The notes under the pieces are model-generated. The model was not told where the DNA came from, searched no databases, and saw only the letters and a list, made by a program, of their open reading frames with translations. The translations under genes and the position numbers were made by a program. 58,188 nt of DNA from Bdellovibrionota bacterium (GTDB lineage: Bacteria > Bdellovibrionota_C > UBA2361 > JBGSMV01): contig JBGSMV010000006.1 of NCBI GenBank assembly GCA_041739995.1, forward strand, positions 1 to 58,188, given 5' to 3'. This document shows, in pieces, positions 40,944 to 50,920 of the stretch. The stretch's first letter is position 1; every line of letters starts with the position of its first letter.

Positions 40944-42566
40944 TCAAAAATGCAGCTCGGCCAGAGCGTTTCTATTCAAGCAACACAATCCATCAACCCT
41001 AATCGCATGGGAGCGCAATTCATCGGAGAGTTCCTCGCAGGCAACGACAACGCCAGATGAATCTCTTTCGATGAGAAAAGTCACTAGGTCAGGAATGTCT
41101 TCGGACCAGTATCCTCCAGAAATATAGTCCCGCAGGAAAGGCTGCGACGACTGTCGAAAAGAGAGGTAGGATACGTCGGAAAGCATTAGATGCTGGAGGC
41201 TCGCGACTGGCCCAAAACCGCATGTAGCGAGCAACTGGGGTATTTCCCCTTTTGACCCGAGCTCTCTTTCAGAATTGTAGAAAAGATTTTGAAAGGGCTG
41301 ATGATGCGCACCATAGCGGCGTATTGAAGAATCCCCCAGATATACAATCATGGAAGCGACCGAGAAGCATACCAGCAGAGCGCAGAACCATCGGCGAGCG
41401 ACATTACTTATTCCATCTGGGGAAATTTTCCAGGAGAGCCCCAGAAGAAAAAAGAAAATAGGCAGATACAACGCAGCACCGTAGAAATAGCGATGCGACC
41501 GACCCAACAACGAAACCACTACGCATCCCAGGGCGACAAGAAACAATAGAGATTCTCGCTCTCTCAATTTGTCTCTGTTGCGAGCCAAAGATAGACATGC
41601 GAATCCAATCTGGATGAACCCGATGATCGCTACGATCATCGCCATCCACGTTAGTGGCCCTCGCTCGACGTAACCACCAACGGAACTCAATTGGAGCTTC
41701 CAATCGGGGGAGACTTGCTCGACGAAGGTTAAGATTGCGCCGGGAGAGTCGAAAACTGCCTTAAGCAATTCGATCGGATTGAATAGAAGATTCTGGAGAG
41801 GAACCGACATGCTCTTCAGAAGTAGCTTAACAGCAGGACAGCTCTGGCCCGATAGGATAGCCTCGTAGTACTTGACCGTCTCCCAAGCCGACAGACCCAC
41901 GAGAACCGTGAAAAATGCCTTCACTCGTATCGTTGCCGCCCCCCCCCAATACGCCATCAGAGATAGGGGTAGAAAGGTAAGGGCGATAGGATGAAGGGCG
42001 AATGCACTTGCATGAAGGACGACCAGAGAAAACGAGAACACCACTCCTTTCGACATGGGTGACGGACGGAGGAAGAGTACACAGTTAAGAATAAAGTACA
42101 GCGCGAGTAACGCCTCGGGGCGAAAGAGCGAAATTATCAGGGGAAGAGAGCCGAATAGAATTGGGAATACCGCTTCCGAAAGAACAACTGCATAGCTCCT
42201 ATTATTGAGAAAAAGTCGGCTGTAAAAGATTGTAAAACAAAGGGAAAGGGCAGCCCCGCCAAGTCCGCCGAGAATTCGCAAACGGTCGAAGCTGTCGACA
42301 AAATAATCATGCACGATCGAATGCAAAGCTAAAAAAGGAAGCCAACTCAAAGGGGGCGTCGACGCGAATGGCGAACATTGAGGCAAAAGCGTAATTACGT
42401 GCCCACTGTCCGCAAAGTACCGCCCATGAAGCACCAGAAACCCTATCTCGTCGGTGTAAATCGCATCCAGCGGAAGAAAACGCACAAACAGAATGGCACC
42501 CGCAAGCAGAATCGCCGTAAAGGTAATCAAGGGATTCTCTTTGCACCACCGCCACGTTGAAAACAT
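40944..42566 (-). CDS. Multi-pass membrane protein, putative GT-C glycosyltransferase (paralog B)
   Basis: IYTDEIGFL, LLPQC, RPE, SPDW, DYISG..W and LCC are shared with 28028-29719. Confidence 0.65.
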   Translation of the reverse strand: MFSTWRWCKENPLITFTAILLAGAILFVRFLPLDAIYTDEIGFLVLHGRYFADSGHVITLLPQCSPFASTPPLSWLPFLALHSIVHDYFVDSFDRLRILGGLGGAALSLCFTIFYSRLFLNNRSYAVVLSEAVFPILFGSLPLIISLFRPEALLALYFILNCVLFLRPSPMSKGVVFSFSLVVLHASAFALHPIALTFLPLSLMAYWGGAATIRVKAFFTVLVGLSAWETVKYYEAILSGQSCPAVKLLLKSMSVPLQNLLFNPIELLKAVFDSPGAILTFVEQVSPDWKLQLSSVGGYVERGPLTWMAMIVAIIGFIQIGFACLSLARNRDKLRERESLLFLVALGCVVVSLLGRSHRYFYGAALYLPIFFFLLGLSWKISPDGISNVARRWFCALLVCFSVASMIVYLGDSSIRRYGAHHQPFQNLFYNSERELGSKGEIPQLLATCGFGPVASLQHLMLSDVSYLSFRQSSQPFLRDYISGGYWSEDIPDLVTFLIERDSSGVVVACEELSDELRSHAIRVDGLCCLNRNALAELHF

Positions 42567-42712
42567 TCTAAACTATTCCTCTTCCCAAATGTAGCAAGGA
42601 TCCTCACCGTCCAGCCACGTAAATCTGCGCGAGGTTAAGGCGTTCAGGTCTTCGGGCTTTTAGACCGCGCCGTGCCGTGCTATTCAGAGGACAGTCCCGC
42701 CTAAGGAGTCTC

Positions 42713-43594
42713 ATGCCTAATATGAAAGTACGAAAAGCCATCATCCCCGCCGCTGGTCTCGGAACCCGCTTCCTACCCGCAACCAAGGCAGTGCCAAAAG
42801 AGCTCCTCCCCATCGTTGATACCCCGACAATTCAGTACATCGTTCAAGAAATCGTTGACGCAGGAATCGAGACCGTGATCTTGATCACAGGAAAAGGAAA
42901 GTCACGCATTGTCGACCATTTCGACGTCTATCCTGAGCTTGAAGAAAAACTCGAGAAAGAGGGCAAGACCGCCCTCGCGGAAACTCTCCGCAAAAGTGCT
43001 TCAATGGTTCGTATGGTGGCGGTGCGGCAAGGAATTCCGCGCGGCCTCGGACATGCAGTGCTCTGTGCAAAAGAGGTCATTGGGAATGAACCGTTCGCCG
43101 TCTTACTCGGCGACGACCTTGTCGACGCTGCAGTGCCCTGCACCAAGCAGATGATCGATGTCTTCGAGAAGCACCAGAAATCAGTCGTTGCAGTCATGCA
43201 GGTACCAGACGAAGATGTTCCAAAGTTTGGTATTTGTGGTGGAAGATCCATAGAGCCAAGAGTGATGGAACTAAACCAGATGGTGGAAAAGCCCAAACTT
43301 TCTGAAGCACCATCAAAAATGGCTATCGTCGGACGGTATATTCTGACACCTAAGATTTTTGATTTCCTTGAGCAAACCGATCCAGGAAAGGGCGGAGAAA
43401 TTCAGCTTACCGACGCCATGGCAAAATTAATGAAAGCCGAAGGCTTTATCGGCTATGAATTCGAAGGGAATCGCTACGATGCGGGAGATAAGTTTGGCTT
43501 TATTCAGGCGAATATAGCCTATTCTCTAAAGCGTCCTGATATAGCGCCACGACTTCGCGCATACATGCAACAGCTCGTACGTGAGAATGGGTAA
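42713..43594 (+). CDS. galU: UTP--glucose-1-phosphate uridylyltransferase
   Basis: KAIIPAAGLGTRFLPATKA.PKE, GLGHAV, VEKP and GEIQLTDA; AAGGAG RBS before ATG 42713. Confidence 0.96.
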   Translation: MPNMKVRKAIIPAAGLGTRFLPATKAVPKELLPIVDTPTIQYIVQEIVDAGIETVILITGKGKSRIVDHFDVYPELEEKLEKEGKTALAETLRKSASMVRMVAVRQGIPRGLGHAVLCAKEVIGNEPFAVLLGDDLVDAAVPCTKQMIDVFEKHQKSVVAVMQVPDEDVPKFGICGGRSIEPRVMELNQMVEKPKLSEAPSKMAIVGRYILTPKIFDFLEQTDPGKGGEIQLTDAMAKLMKAEGFIGYEFEGNRYDAGDKFGFIQANIAYSLKRPDIAPRLRAYMQQLVRENG

Positions 43595-43857
43595 TGTACA
43601 AACAAGTCGTGTACTGGGTTAAAAACTATGCGTCAGGTGGCAATCCCGATCAGCGCTGCGTTCAAGACTTTGTGGATTGCGAGACTACAGAGGTCCTCTC
43701 AACTTTCCGCGCAGAACTGTACGGAATTTCACAGGGCAACTTTGACGAGGAGACGCTCGATAAACTCATTGGGCAAAAGCGTAAGGTCCTGCACGGCTCA
43801 TATGACGAGTGGGCAAAGCTTATGCTTATGTGGTTGGCTTCCTATAACAAGGGCTGA
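43594..43857 (+). CDS. Small helical hypothetical protein, translationally coupled to galU
   Basis: TAATG stop/start overlap; 87 aa. Confidence 0.65.
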   Translation: MYKQVVYWVKNYASGGNPDQRCVQDFVDCETTEVLSTFRAELYGISQGNFDEETLDKLIGQKRKVLHGSYDEWAKLMLMWLASYNKG

Positions 43858-43895
43858 GGAGCTTCTTCGTCGTTGCCGGTGAATGCACAAGTAAG

Positions 43896-45959
43896 CTATT
43901 TTTCGTGACCCTTAAGCACTTTGCCGATGGCTGTTAGTTTTGGCGGTGAGTACTCTGCTCTCACAGACGGAGGCAGCGCATAGAAGGAAAGTTGCTGCGC
44001 GCGAAACCTATCAAGCTCTCCCTCAAGCACTTCCCGAGTTTTGGCCTCCTCAGCTTCGGAAATCGCCTCTCCTCGCCCGGCTAAGTTCAGTAGAGTGGTA
44101 GCTGAGCTTCTTAAGTTCTTGGTGAACAACCATGGCCAGCGAATTACTCCGTCTTCATGGATAAAACCCTGGGATGTTAGAAAGAGATTTCTTTGTCCCA
44201 AACTTTGAGCATATTCGAGGTCATCTCCGACCAAGGCCTCGCCCTGGTGAAGATCCAGGGGGGGCAACCCGAGTGCAGCAAGGATCGTTGGTGATATATC
44301 GACGTGACCCACCACAGCCTCTCTAGGCGCCACAACTAGTTTCTTATCTAGTCCGCCAAACACAAGCGGAACCTGAAGGGCCTCGGGACGCAATCGGCCT
44401 CCGTGAGTCACCTCTCCATACTCATGAAATAGTTCCCCGTGATCTCCTGTAACTATAAATATCGTATTCTCAAGAAGATTTCGCCGATGAAGGGAACTAG
44501 AGGCCTGCTCCAATAACGAATCAGCAAAGCGCGCAGTCGCTAAGTATCGATTCTTCAGTACCACGGCTAGTTGCTTAGGGTACCCAAAAAAGTTGGCGTC
44601 ATTTTGGAGGTCCACGTCGCCGAAACTGGAGATGTCCATCTCTGGCGGTAGGTTGTAGGGGAAGTGGGTCGAATACAAGAAAATGCAGGCGAAGAATGGC
44701 CGATTGCCGTGCTCCGGCATATCAAGCCAATGCTCCAAAATGGACAACTTTAGCTGGTCTAAATGGGCGGGATGAATTTTCTGTGGTGAGACGCCGAGAA
44801 CGGAGCTATTAGGAACAAGAGATTGCAGTTCTGGAGGAATCGGGAACTCAAGATCTAAATAGAGATCAAGGCCAGGCGATTTTGTAACCCTTTTGGTAAA
44901 ACGCCACTCGTTAGTTATCAAAGCGGTCCTATACCCCAGGCGAGAGAGGAGTTCATAGATTAAAACGTGTGGATAGGAGTTATCGGAGTGAAGATCTCTA
45001 ACCGAGCTTCGTAATGGATACTGTCCAGAATAAATTGTCACTTGGCTGTAATCAGTCTCTGGTGCTTGAGCAAACGCTCTAGGAAAGGAAATTTCTTCTT
45101 GAGCGAGCTTTCGAAGAAATGGCATTACGGAGACACCATGGACCTCCTGCTCTACGACATCCGCTCTTAGCGCCTCAACAATGAATAGAACTACATTCTT
45201 CCTGGGAAATGCCTGTATCTCACCTAAATATGTGTCGAGCGACTTCGCCTTATTGATCTGCAACTCGTTCCGGGTCAAAAGAGTCGGAGCCCCGCTCAAG
45301 ATTGGTCTAATGAATAACGTGTACTGGGGTAACGTCTGGTTAATCACCACTGGCCAGAAGGTCGTGCGACCTTCCTTCGAATAGCCGAAAAAGGCGATCC
45401 CAAGAAAAAGCAATACAGGTAGGCCTTGAAGCCTCAAGTGTCCCAGAGGCCCTCGCAGATCTGACCAACGCTCGATACTCGGAGCGGCTAAAAAAACTAC
45501 TAGTGCTGAAACTGCAGAGACGAAGGCGGCTAATCCTAAGTGCATCACCTCAGAGGCCGACATGAGGCGAGTAAGATTCGTAAAATCTGAGGCAAACGCA
45601 AAGGTACGAGCTTCCGCCACTCCCAAGAATGTCTGAGTGGCTGAAAACAGATACCAACTCGCGCAAAGAACAAAAAAATACGCTGCAACCGCCAATACCA
45701 TCGAGGAAACGAAGAGGAGCGAGCCAATGCGTCGCCCCCCGCCACGAGCCTTCAAAAAAAATCCCTTGGCTACCCCCAGTATCATGGCGAGGCTACCAAC
45801 CTCGAAGAGCCAAACGAATGGGGCGAGGCATAGGGCTATTGTTACGGGTATATTTCTCCCTGCAAAATTCTGAAGAGACATGTTTTCAACATAACTTGGA
45901 ACAAGAAGGCAGGGGATCACCTGCAACGCCACATAGAGCAGCACTAAATATCGCCTCAT
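43896..45959 (-). CDS. Membrane-anchored alkaline-phosphatase-superfamily (LtaS/sulfatase-like) transferase
   Basis: Multi-TM N-terminus; NVVLFIVEALRAD, APET, THFPY, TGDHGE and HVDISPT motifs. Confidence 0.82.
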   Translation of the reverse strand: MRRYLVLLYVALQVIPCLLVPSYVENMSLQNFAGRNIPVTIALCLAPFVWLFEVGSLAMILGVAKGFFLKARGGGRRIGSLLFVSSMVLAVAAYFFVLCASWYLFSATQTFLGVAEARTFAFASDFTNLTRLMSASEVMHLGLAAFVSAVSALVVFLAAPSIERWSDLRGPLGHLRLQGLPVLLFLGIAFFGYSKEGRTTFWPVVINQTLPQYTLFIRPILSGAPTLLTRNELQINKAKSLDTYLGEIQAFPRKNVVLFIVEALRADVVEQEVHGVSVMPFLRKLAQEEISFPRAFAQAPETDYSQVTIYSGQYPLRSSVRDLHSDNSYPHVLIYELLSRLGYRTALITNEWRFTKRVTKSPGLDLYLDLEFPIPPELQSLVPNSSVLGVSPQKIHPAHLDQLKLSILEHWLDMPEHGNRPFFACIFLYSTHFPYNLPPEMDISSFGDVDLQNDANFFGYPKQLAVVLKNRYLATARFADSLLEQASSSLHRRNLLENTIFIVTGDHGELFHEYGEVTHGGRLRPEALQVPLVFGGLDKKLVVAPREAVVGHVDISPTILAALGLPPLDLHQGEALVGDDLEYAQSLGQRNLFLTSQGFIHEDGVIRWPWLFTKNLRSSATTLLNLAGRGEAISEAEEAKTREVLEGELDRFRAQQLSFYALPPSVRAEYSPPKLTAIGKVLKGHEK

Positions 45960-46338
45960 AGAGAACTCTCGTGAAACCGCTCTAGATAAAACACAAATTT
46001 CACCGCACTCCAATATCAATGAGCACTCAGCCTACTTCGGGGCATAGGTTTGGGGCTACTTTGACCTACTGTGCCGCAGACTCGAGCAACACGACAGCCG
46101 ATACCAAGAGGATAGAAGGGTGCAACTCCCAATGTAGCCGAAACTTGCGCCTCACCCAGCAGCCACCTTGGCGGAGCGGCGATTCGACCATTGGCTGGAA
46201 TACATGAGGCAGCGCGATCCTCCGCGCGCTCAAGTCCTGCAAGTTGTTCCAGTTCATCCGAAAAGTGTCTTACCTTCTTCCCCACGTAACCCTATACTGC
46301 AAACGCAGTAGAAGTAGCGCAGATTAAAGTAGTTACTC

Positions 46339-47826
46339 GTGAATTTAGAGAGCCCCCCGGGGGCACAGGTTCGATTGAAGCCACAAGTGAAAGCATTCCT
46401 GAGATTCACCGATTGGAGCCTGCCTTCTTGGATTTGTGCCACTTCTATACTTTGGTTCATCCTAAAAGCAATTTACCTTGCGTTCCACGTCTCTCCAGGC
46501 GCCCCGCCAGACGAGATGTATCACCTACAAGTTATCGATCTATTTGCATCGTCTTCTCACTTATTTCCCTTTAGTGGTTCATCTAACCCCTTCGCCCCAC
46601 CCCTTGCCGAGTTTGCCCGCTTTGGAAATCAAACCGAATTGACCCATCTCTACCACCGCATCATGGGATACTGCGTCTATGTTCTCGACCTTGATACTTT
46701 CGAATTTAGCACCATAGTTTTTCTTCGACTTCTAAATCTGCTCGTATCTCTATTCACTCTCTTTTATTTTGTGAAACTGGTCGACCTCTGTCGACTCGGG
46801 GAGAGCGCGCGTGCATTTGCGCTGGTGATTCACACGAACATTCTAAAATTTACTCTGCTCGCCGCTGCCGTCGGATACGACCCCGCTACGAATCTATGCG
46901 CCTACGTAGCCATTCTGGCGCTTGTACGCTTCTTGCTTGAGCAGTCACGGCCACTGCTTATTCAACTGATTTTTTTTCTGAGCGTTGGATCTATCTTCAA
47001 ATTTCTCCTTGTTCCATTAGCAGCCATCATGGCCTTAATAGTGCTCATAATTCTTGCGAGGCGAACACAAAAAAACTACCCGCTACAAAGTGTGAAGATG
47101 TCATGGGGCAACAAACTCTACCAAGTGATTATAGGAACATTAGCAGCACTCTCTGCGCTCGCACTCGCTACAACGCTCGGCAGTCTGTTGATCCGATATG
47201 GCACCTTTATGCCGCCGTGCACTGACATCTTCACCGCTCTTGAGTGCACGCCCGTCGTACCCCCTCCGCCAGTGCTACACGAAGCGCTGCTACCAATCCC
47301 GCTCTACTTCTTTTACTGGCTCTCACATATGGTTTCTTCATCTCTTGGAATCAGAAGCTACATCGGCATTGAACCACCCTTTCCGCTGGTTATACTTGTC
47401 TCCAGCATAATCCTTATATCACTCGCCTACTCCCTAGCCCGTGTTCGTCGAGACAATTGGATTTTTAGAGTTCTCATCGCTCTCGTAATTGGGTTTAGTC
47501 TCAGCGTCTTCTTCCTGAATGGATACCCAAGCTATAAACAGTTCCACCATTATGGCTGGGGCGTAAACGGTCGATATCTATTCCCAATTCTAGGGTGCTT
47601 ACTGATCCTTTCGACCCACTGTATATTTGCATTTCTCACCACCATTAAGCGTGAGTTCTATTGGTTACCAATCGCTGCCTTCGTTATCTTAGCGGAGTTT
47701 CCAGCTTTTTATCTTTCTGAACCTGGGCAGAATTTTCTCAAGCCGTGGCCTGAGGAATTTTATCGCGCGCTTTCATACTACCCCAATCCAATATATGACA
47801 GCCATTTTCAACGCATTACGAACTAG
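46339..47826 (+). CDS. Multi-pass membrane protein, putative GT-C glycosyltransferase
   Basis: PPDEMYH after the first TM, LRLLNLL and NGRYLFP; about 11 TMs. Confidence 0.65.
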   Translation: MNLESPPGAQVRLKPQVKAFLRFTDWSLPSWICATSILWFILKAIYLAFHVSPGAPPDEMYHLQVIDLFASSSHLFPFSGSSNPFAPPLAEFARFGNQTELTHLYHRIMGYCVYVLDLDTFEFSTIVFLRLLNLLVSLFTLFYFVKLVDLCRLGESARAFALVIHTNILKFTLLAAAVGYDPATNLCAYVAILALVRFLLEQSRPLLIQLIFFLSVGSIFKFLLVPLAAIMALIVLIILARRTQKNYPLQSVKMSWGNKLYQVIIGTLAALSALALATTLGSLLIRYGTFMPPCTDIFTALECTPVVPPPPVLHEALLPIPLYFFYWLSHMVSSSLGIRSYIGIEPPFPLVILVSSIILISLAYSLARVRRDNWIFRVLIALVIGFSLSVFFLNGYPSYKQFHHYGWGVNGRYLFPILGCLLILSTHCIFAFLTTIKREFYWLPIAAFVILAEFPAFYLSEPGQNFLKPWPEEFYRALSYYPNPIYDSHFQRITN

Positions 47827-48012
47827 TCTGTGAAAGTGAGTACTTTTTCTTTGGGGGCTGTGAGGGCGCTGGATCATTACAGAGAAGTGATAACGGCCGA
47901 GCAAGCAAAGGGCCTGCTCACAGCGCCTGCGGGTCACTGATTTTCACCCCGAAAATATATGAGCGCTAAAACACATACTGCGCTTAATAGAAGCTTTTGC
48001 TAAGACCATTGT

Positions 48013-49341
48013 GTGATTCCTCCCCGCACTACAATTCTTGTATTCATCATCTCCACCCTTTACTCGGCAGCGCTATGCGGGATTCTTTGGTATCAAACTC
48101 GCGATTCTTCCCTCGGTTTTCTCTACGGAGATTCTGAGCAATACCTTGCCGTCTCCGATGCCATCCTTAACGGTACTTTATTAAATCGGGTCGATCTCGA
48201 GACTGGTCATCGCGGACTCATGATGAGGCCCCCTGGGTACCCACTGGTGCTCGCAGCCGCTCAGATCTTGGTGCCAGAAGATCTTCAGAACGGCCTTATG
48301 GCTGCGCACTCAATTTTATTTTGTATCTGCCTCTTTCTTTTCTCCACTCTTATTTCGAAACAACTATCTCCATGGCTTGCGGGCTTAATCGTAGCCCCAT
48401 CCACACTTCGAATGCTCGATTTTTTCCACTCAAATACAGGCGAGTGGACTGTCTTCTGTCTGCTTCTCGTCCTCATTGGAAGTGTCGGAACTATCAGCGC
48501 CCCTTCCCCTCGCAGAATCCATTTCCTTATACTCGGGACATGTGTTGCAGCCCTGGCTCTTACTAAGCCGGTTTACGTCTTTCTGATCCCCTTAGGTCTG
48601 CTTTGGATTTTATTGAGCACTCACCGCAAGGCAGCTCTATATTTCTGCGCTGGGCTCTTGCCTTTGGTGGCCTGGGTCGCGATCAACAAATATCGAATTG
48701 ACAGCTATTCGCTCGGTCTTCAAGGTGGCTATGCATTCTTCCACGCATCTTCTCTGCTCGGGGACGCTCCGGTAAGCGATACAGATTCTCATCAGTTACG
48801 AAGTTGCATCCTATTTCTCAACGCCAATCGCGCAAAAGTTCCCGATGAATTTATCGCGCGTGCGGGAGATTTTTTTGGCCCAGGAATACCAAATAACCAG
48901 GGCGCTATGGCATTGAAGCTCTCCTCTGAACTCAGTCTTAACTGGCCCGAAATTGATGGCTGTATGAAAACATACTCCTTGAGAAGCATCAGAGCTCATT
49001 TCTTGCACTACGTTCAGCATCTTTCCGCCGGAGCTCTCATATTTAGGTATTCGTTGATAGAGTTCCTGTTGATTGGGGTATTGATCTGGCAAGTTAAAGC
49101 CCCCTGGTCACAGTTTATGCGCTCAATTGGAACAGCAGCTCTCCTAATTCACTTTTCGCATATCTCCGTAATCATCATGAGCCAAGTCGTCCTCCCTCGT
49201 TACTACATCATGACTGCACAACTGCTTTGGATTGCAATCTGTGCAGGTATCGCTTGTCGAATTCTCAATCTGGTTGAAGAAGCTGAAGTCGGAAAAGTAG
49301 CGCCATCCCAAGGCTCACCGCCTCAGAGAAAGGGCTCTTAG
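48013..49341 (+). CDS. Multi-pass membrane protein, putative GT-C (ArnT/PMT-like) glycosyltransferase
   Basis: GDSEQY, RPPGYP, LTKP and PRY motifs; multi-TM. Confidence 0.65.
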   Translation: MIPPRTTILVFIISTLYSAALCGILWYQTRDSSLGFLYGDSEQYLAVSDAILNGTLLNRVDLETGHRGLMMRPPGYPLVLAAAQILVPEDLQNGLMAAHSILFCICLFLFSTLISKQLSPWLAGLIVAPSTLRMLDFFHSNTGEWTVFCLLLVLIGSVGTISAPSPRRIHFLILGTCVAALALTKPVYVFLIPLGLLWILLSTHRKAALYFCAGLLPLVAWVAINKYRIDSYSLGLQGGYAFFHASSLLGDAPVSDTDSHQLRSCILFLNANRAKVPDEFIARAGDFFGPGIPNNQGAMALKLSSELSLNWPEIDGCMKTYSLRSIRAHFLHYVQHLSAGALIFRYSLIEFLLIGVLIWQVKAPWSQFMRSIGTAALLIHFSHISVIIMSQVVLPRYYIMTAQLLWIAICAGIACRILNLVEEAEVGKVAPSQGSPPQRKGS

Positions 49342-49498
49342 ACTCAGCCCTCGAGCGACCTGCGACTGCGCCTCTAAGATGCCTCATCTCCAAAGCTTCG
49401 CTTTCGCCGGTTTGCTGCGACGAGCTGTCTACCGCCACAGAGTAGGTCAATGTGTCCCGATTGAGATAACCACTTTTTTTGGCTAGACTTCCGCTCCT

Positions 49499-50896
49499 AT
49501 GCCGCTTGAACGCCTACAGATTAAACAGCTTTCGCCCTCTGGTGAACTCTTAGGGGTTCTTGCCTGTCATGCGGGGCAAGTTACCGTCTTTCGAGCGGTT
49601 AACAATTCTGACTTAGGTAAGTACTTGCGCGCATTCGCGGGAGTGCCAGGTAAGGATAGGCTTTCTCTTTTAGTTGATGATTCAGAGTTCAAATCGAGCG
49701 AGCATAATCTAATAGGGTTTGGCGAACGATTCAGTAGCGCTGACCAAGAGTCGGTATCAGCCTTTCTCTTAAAAGCCGGTGTCCCCGATCAATCACTTGG
49801 CGCAACTTTGTCTTCCGTAGGGCTCGAGGCCGTCTCGGAACAACCCTGTGCCGAGCTCTCTCAGGATGAAGAACGCCGACTTCGAATTATAGCAGCGACG
49901 TTTCAGCCCGAACGAGCGCTCATCCTGCAGGACCCATTCGATTCAATCGGGTCAATGTGGCGAGATCGTTTTGCCGAGCTTTTGACGCAATTTGCTAGGA
50001 ACCGTGGCGGGCTGGTAGTGGTTCCGCTCCTCACCTATCGCCCCGAAAGCTGGATAGACAACGAGTTCATCGCTCGACTCCAGGTCGGTGAGAACGTGCA
50101 AAAAACTATCGGGTTCGGGAGCTCTCCAAGTCAGATTTTTTCAGTACTGCAACAGGTTCGAAAGGAAGCAGCGGAAGGCATTCCTGATTCGGAAGATTCT
50201 GTCCAAGTCGCCGAGGCGCTAGATATTGAAGAGCCCCCCCCTCCAAACGACAGCAAAACTGACGCCCCTCGTTGGTTACCATTTGCTCTCGCACTCTTGC
50301 TGGTCGGTGGTCTTAGTCTTGGGGTATTCGGAACCTCACTGTTCACTTCTTCCGGCCCCGGCGAAACCGAGGTTGCCTCAACCGGCACTCAGTCATTGGC
50401 CTCGAATCTGCCACACCAACAGAGCTCAGTGCATCATGATTCCTCAATTGAGGCCACGCAGCACTCAGAGGGCGCCACCATGGACGCTTCATCCTCTCAG
50501 GATTTTCAAGACGCATCAGTAGCCCAAGACCCTACTGCTGCCCCTGCTACCCAGGTTGCAAGGCTTTTGGATTTGTATCCAGCGCGTATTCGGGCCTCCG
50601 TAGTTGAGAGTTTTGAAGGCCTTTCGCAAGATTCTGGGTCCCGTCAGGGGGATGAAGCTCCTCGAATATCTAGAGACCGCCAGAAAGTAACCGCCTCATC
50701 AAGCAAGCAGAAAGGAACAGCCTCTGACCTGTTATCTGTGCTCGAAACGACATCCTCCGACAAGCCTAGTGAGCCGGTCGCGGCTCAACCAAGTGAATCA
50801 GAGTTGCAGGACATGAGTCCTGAGCAGCGGCGAGAAGTTATTCGGCAGCGATTTCTTGAGGCAATTCAGCGTGCGTCACAGCAGCAAGGGCAATAG
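49499..50896 (+). CDS. Bitopic membrane protein with degenerate ABC-ATPase-like N-terminal domain
   Basis: Remnant motifs AGQVTVFRAVNNSDLG, ELSQDEERRL and LILQDPF; TM WLPFALALLLVGGLSLGVFG; Ser/Gln-rich C-terminus. Confidence 0.6.
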   Translation: MPLERLQIKQLSPSGELLGVLACHAGQVTVFRAVNNSDLGKYLRAFAGVPGKDRLSLLVDDSEFKSSEHNLIGFGERFSSADQESVSAFLLKAGVPDQSLGATLSSVGLEAVSEQPCAELSQDEERRLRIIAATFQPERALILQDPFDSIGSMWRDRFAELLTQFARNRGGLVVVPLLTYRPESWIDNEFIARLQVGENVQKTIGFGSSPSQIFSVLQQVRKEAAEGIPDSEDSVQVAEALDIEEPPPPNDSKTDAPRWLPFALALLLVGGLSLGVFGTSLFTSSGPGETEVASTGTQSLASNLPHQQSSVHHDSSIEATQHSEGATMDASSSQDFQDASVAQDPTAAPATQVARLLDLYPARIRASVVESFEGLSQDSGSRQGDEAPRISRDRQKVTASSSKQKGTASDLLSVLETTSSDKPSEPVAAQPSESELQDMSPEQRREVIRQRFLEAIQRASQQQGQ

Positions 50897-50920
50897 TTAC
50901 ACCAGTCTCAACGCAAAGAA

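Noticed and set aside
28028..42566. Sugar cluster as a mobile element or an O-antigen (Wzx/Wzy) locus
   Set aside because: No integrase, att sites, flippase, polymerase or chain-length regulator was recognised; the flanking paralogs are too diverged to be recent direct repeats.
46016..46300. Several 60-90-aa ORFs between divergent genes, considered as RiPP precursors or small proteins
   Set aside because: They conflict with each other in frame, have no family motif and have no modifying enzymes nearby; probably a promoter region.
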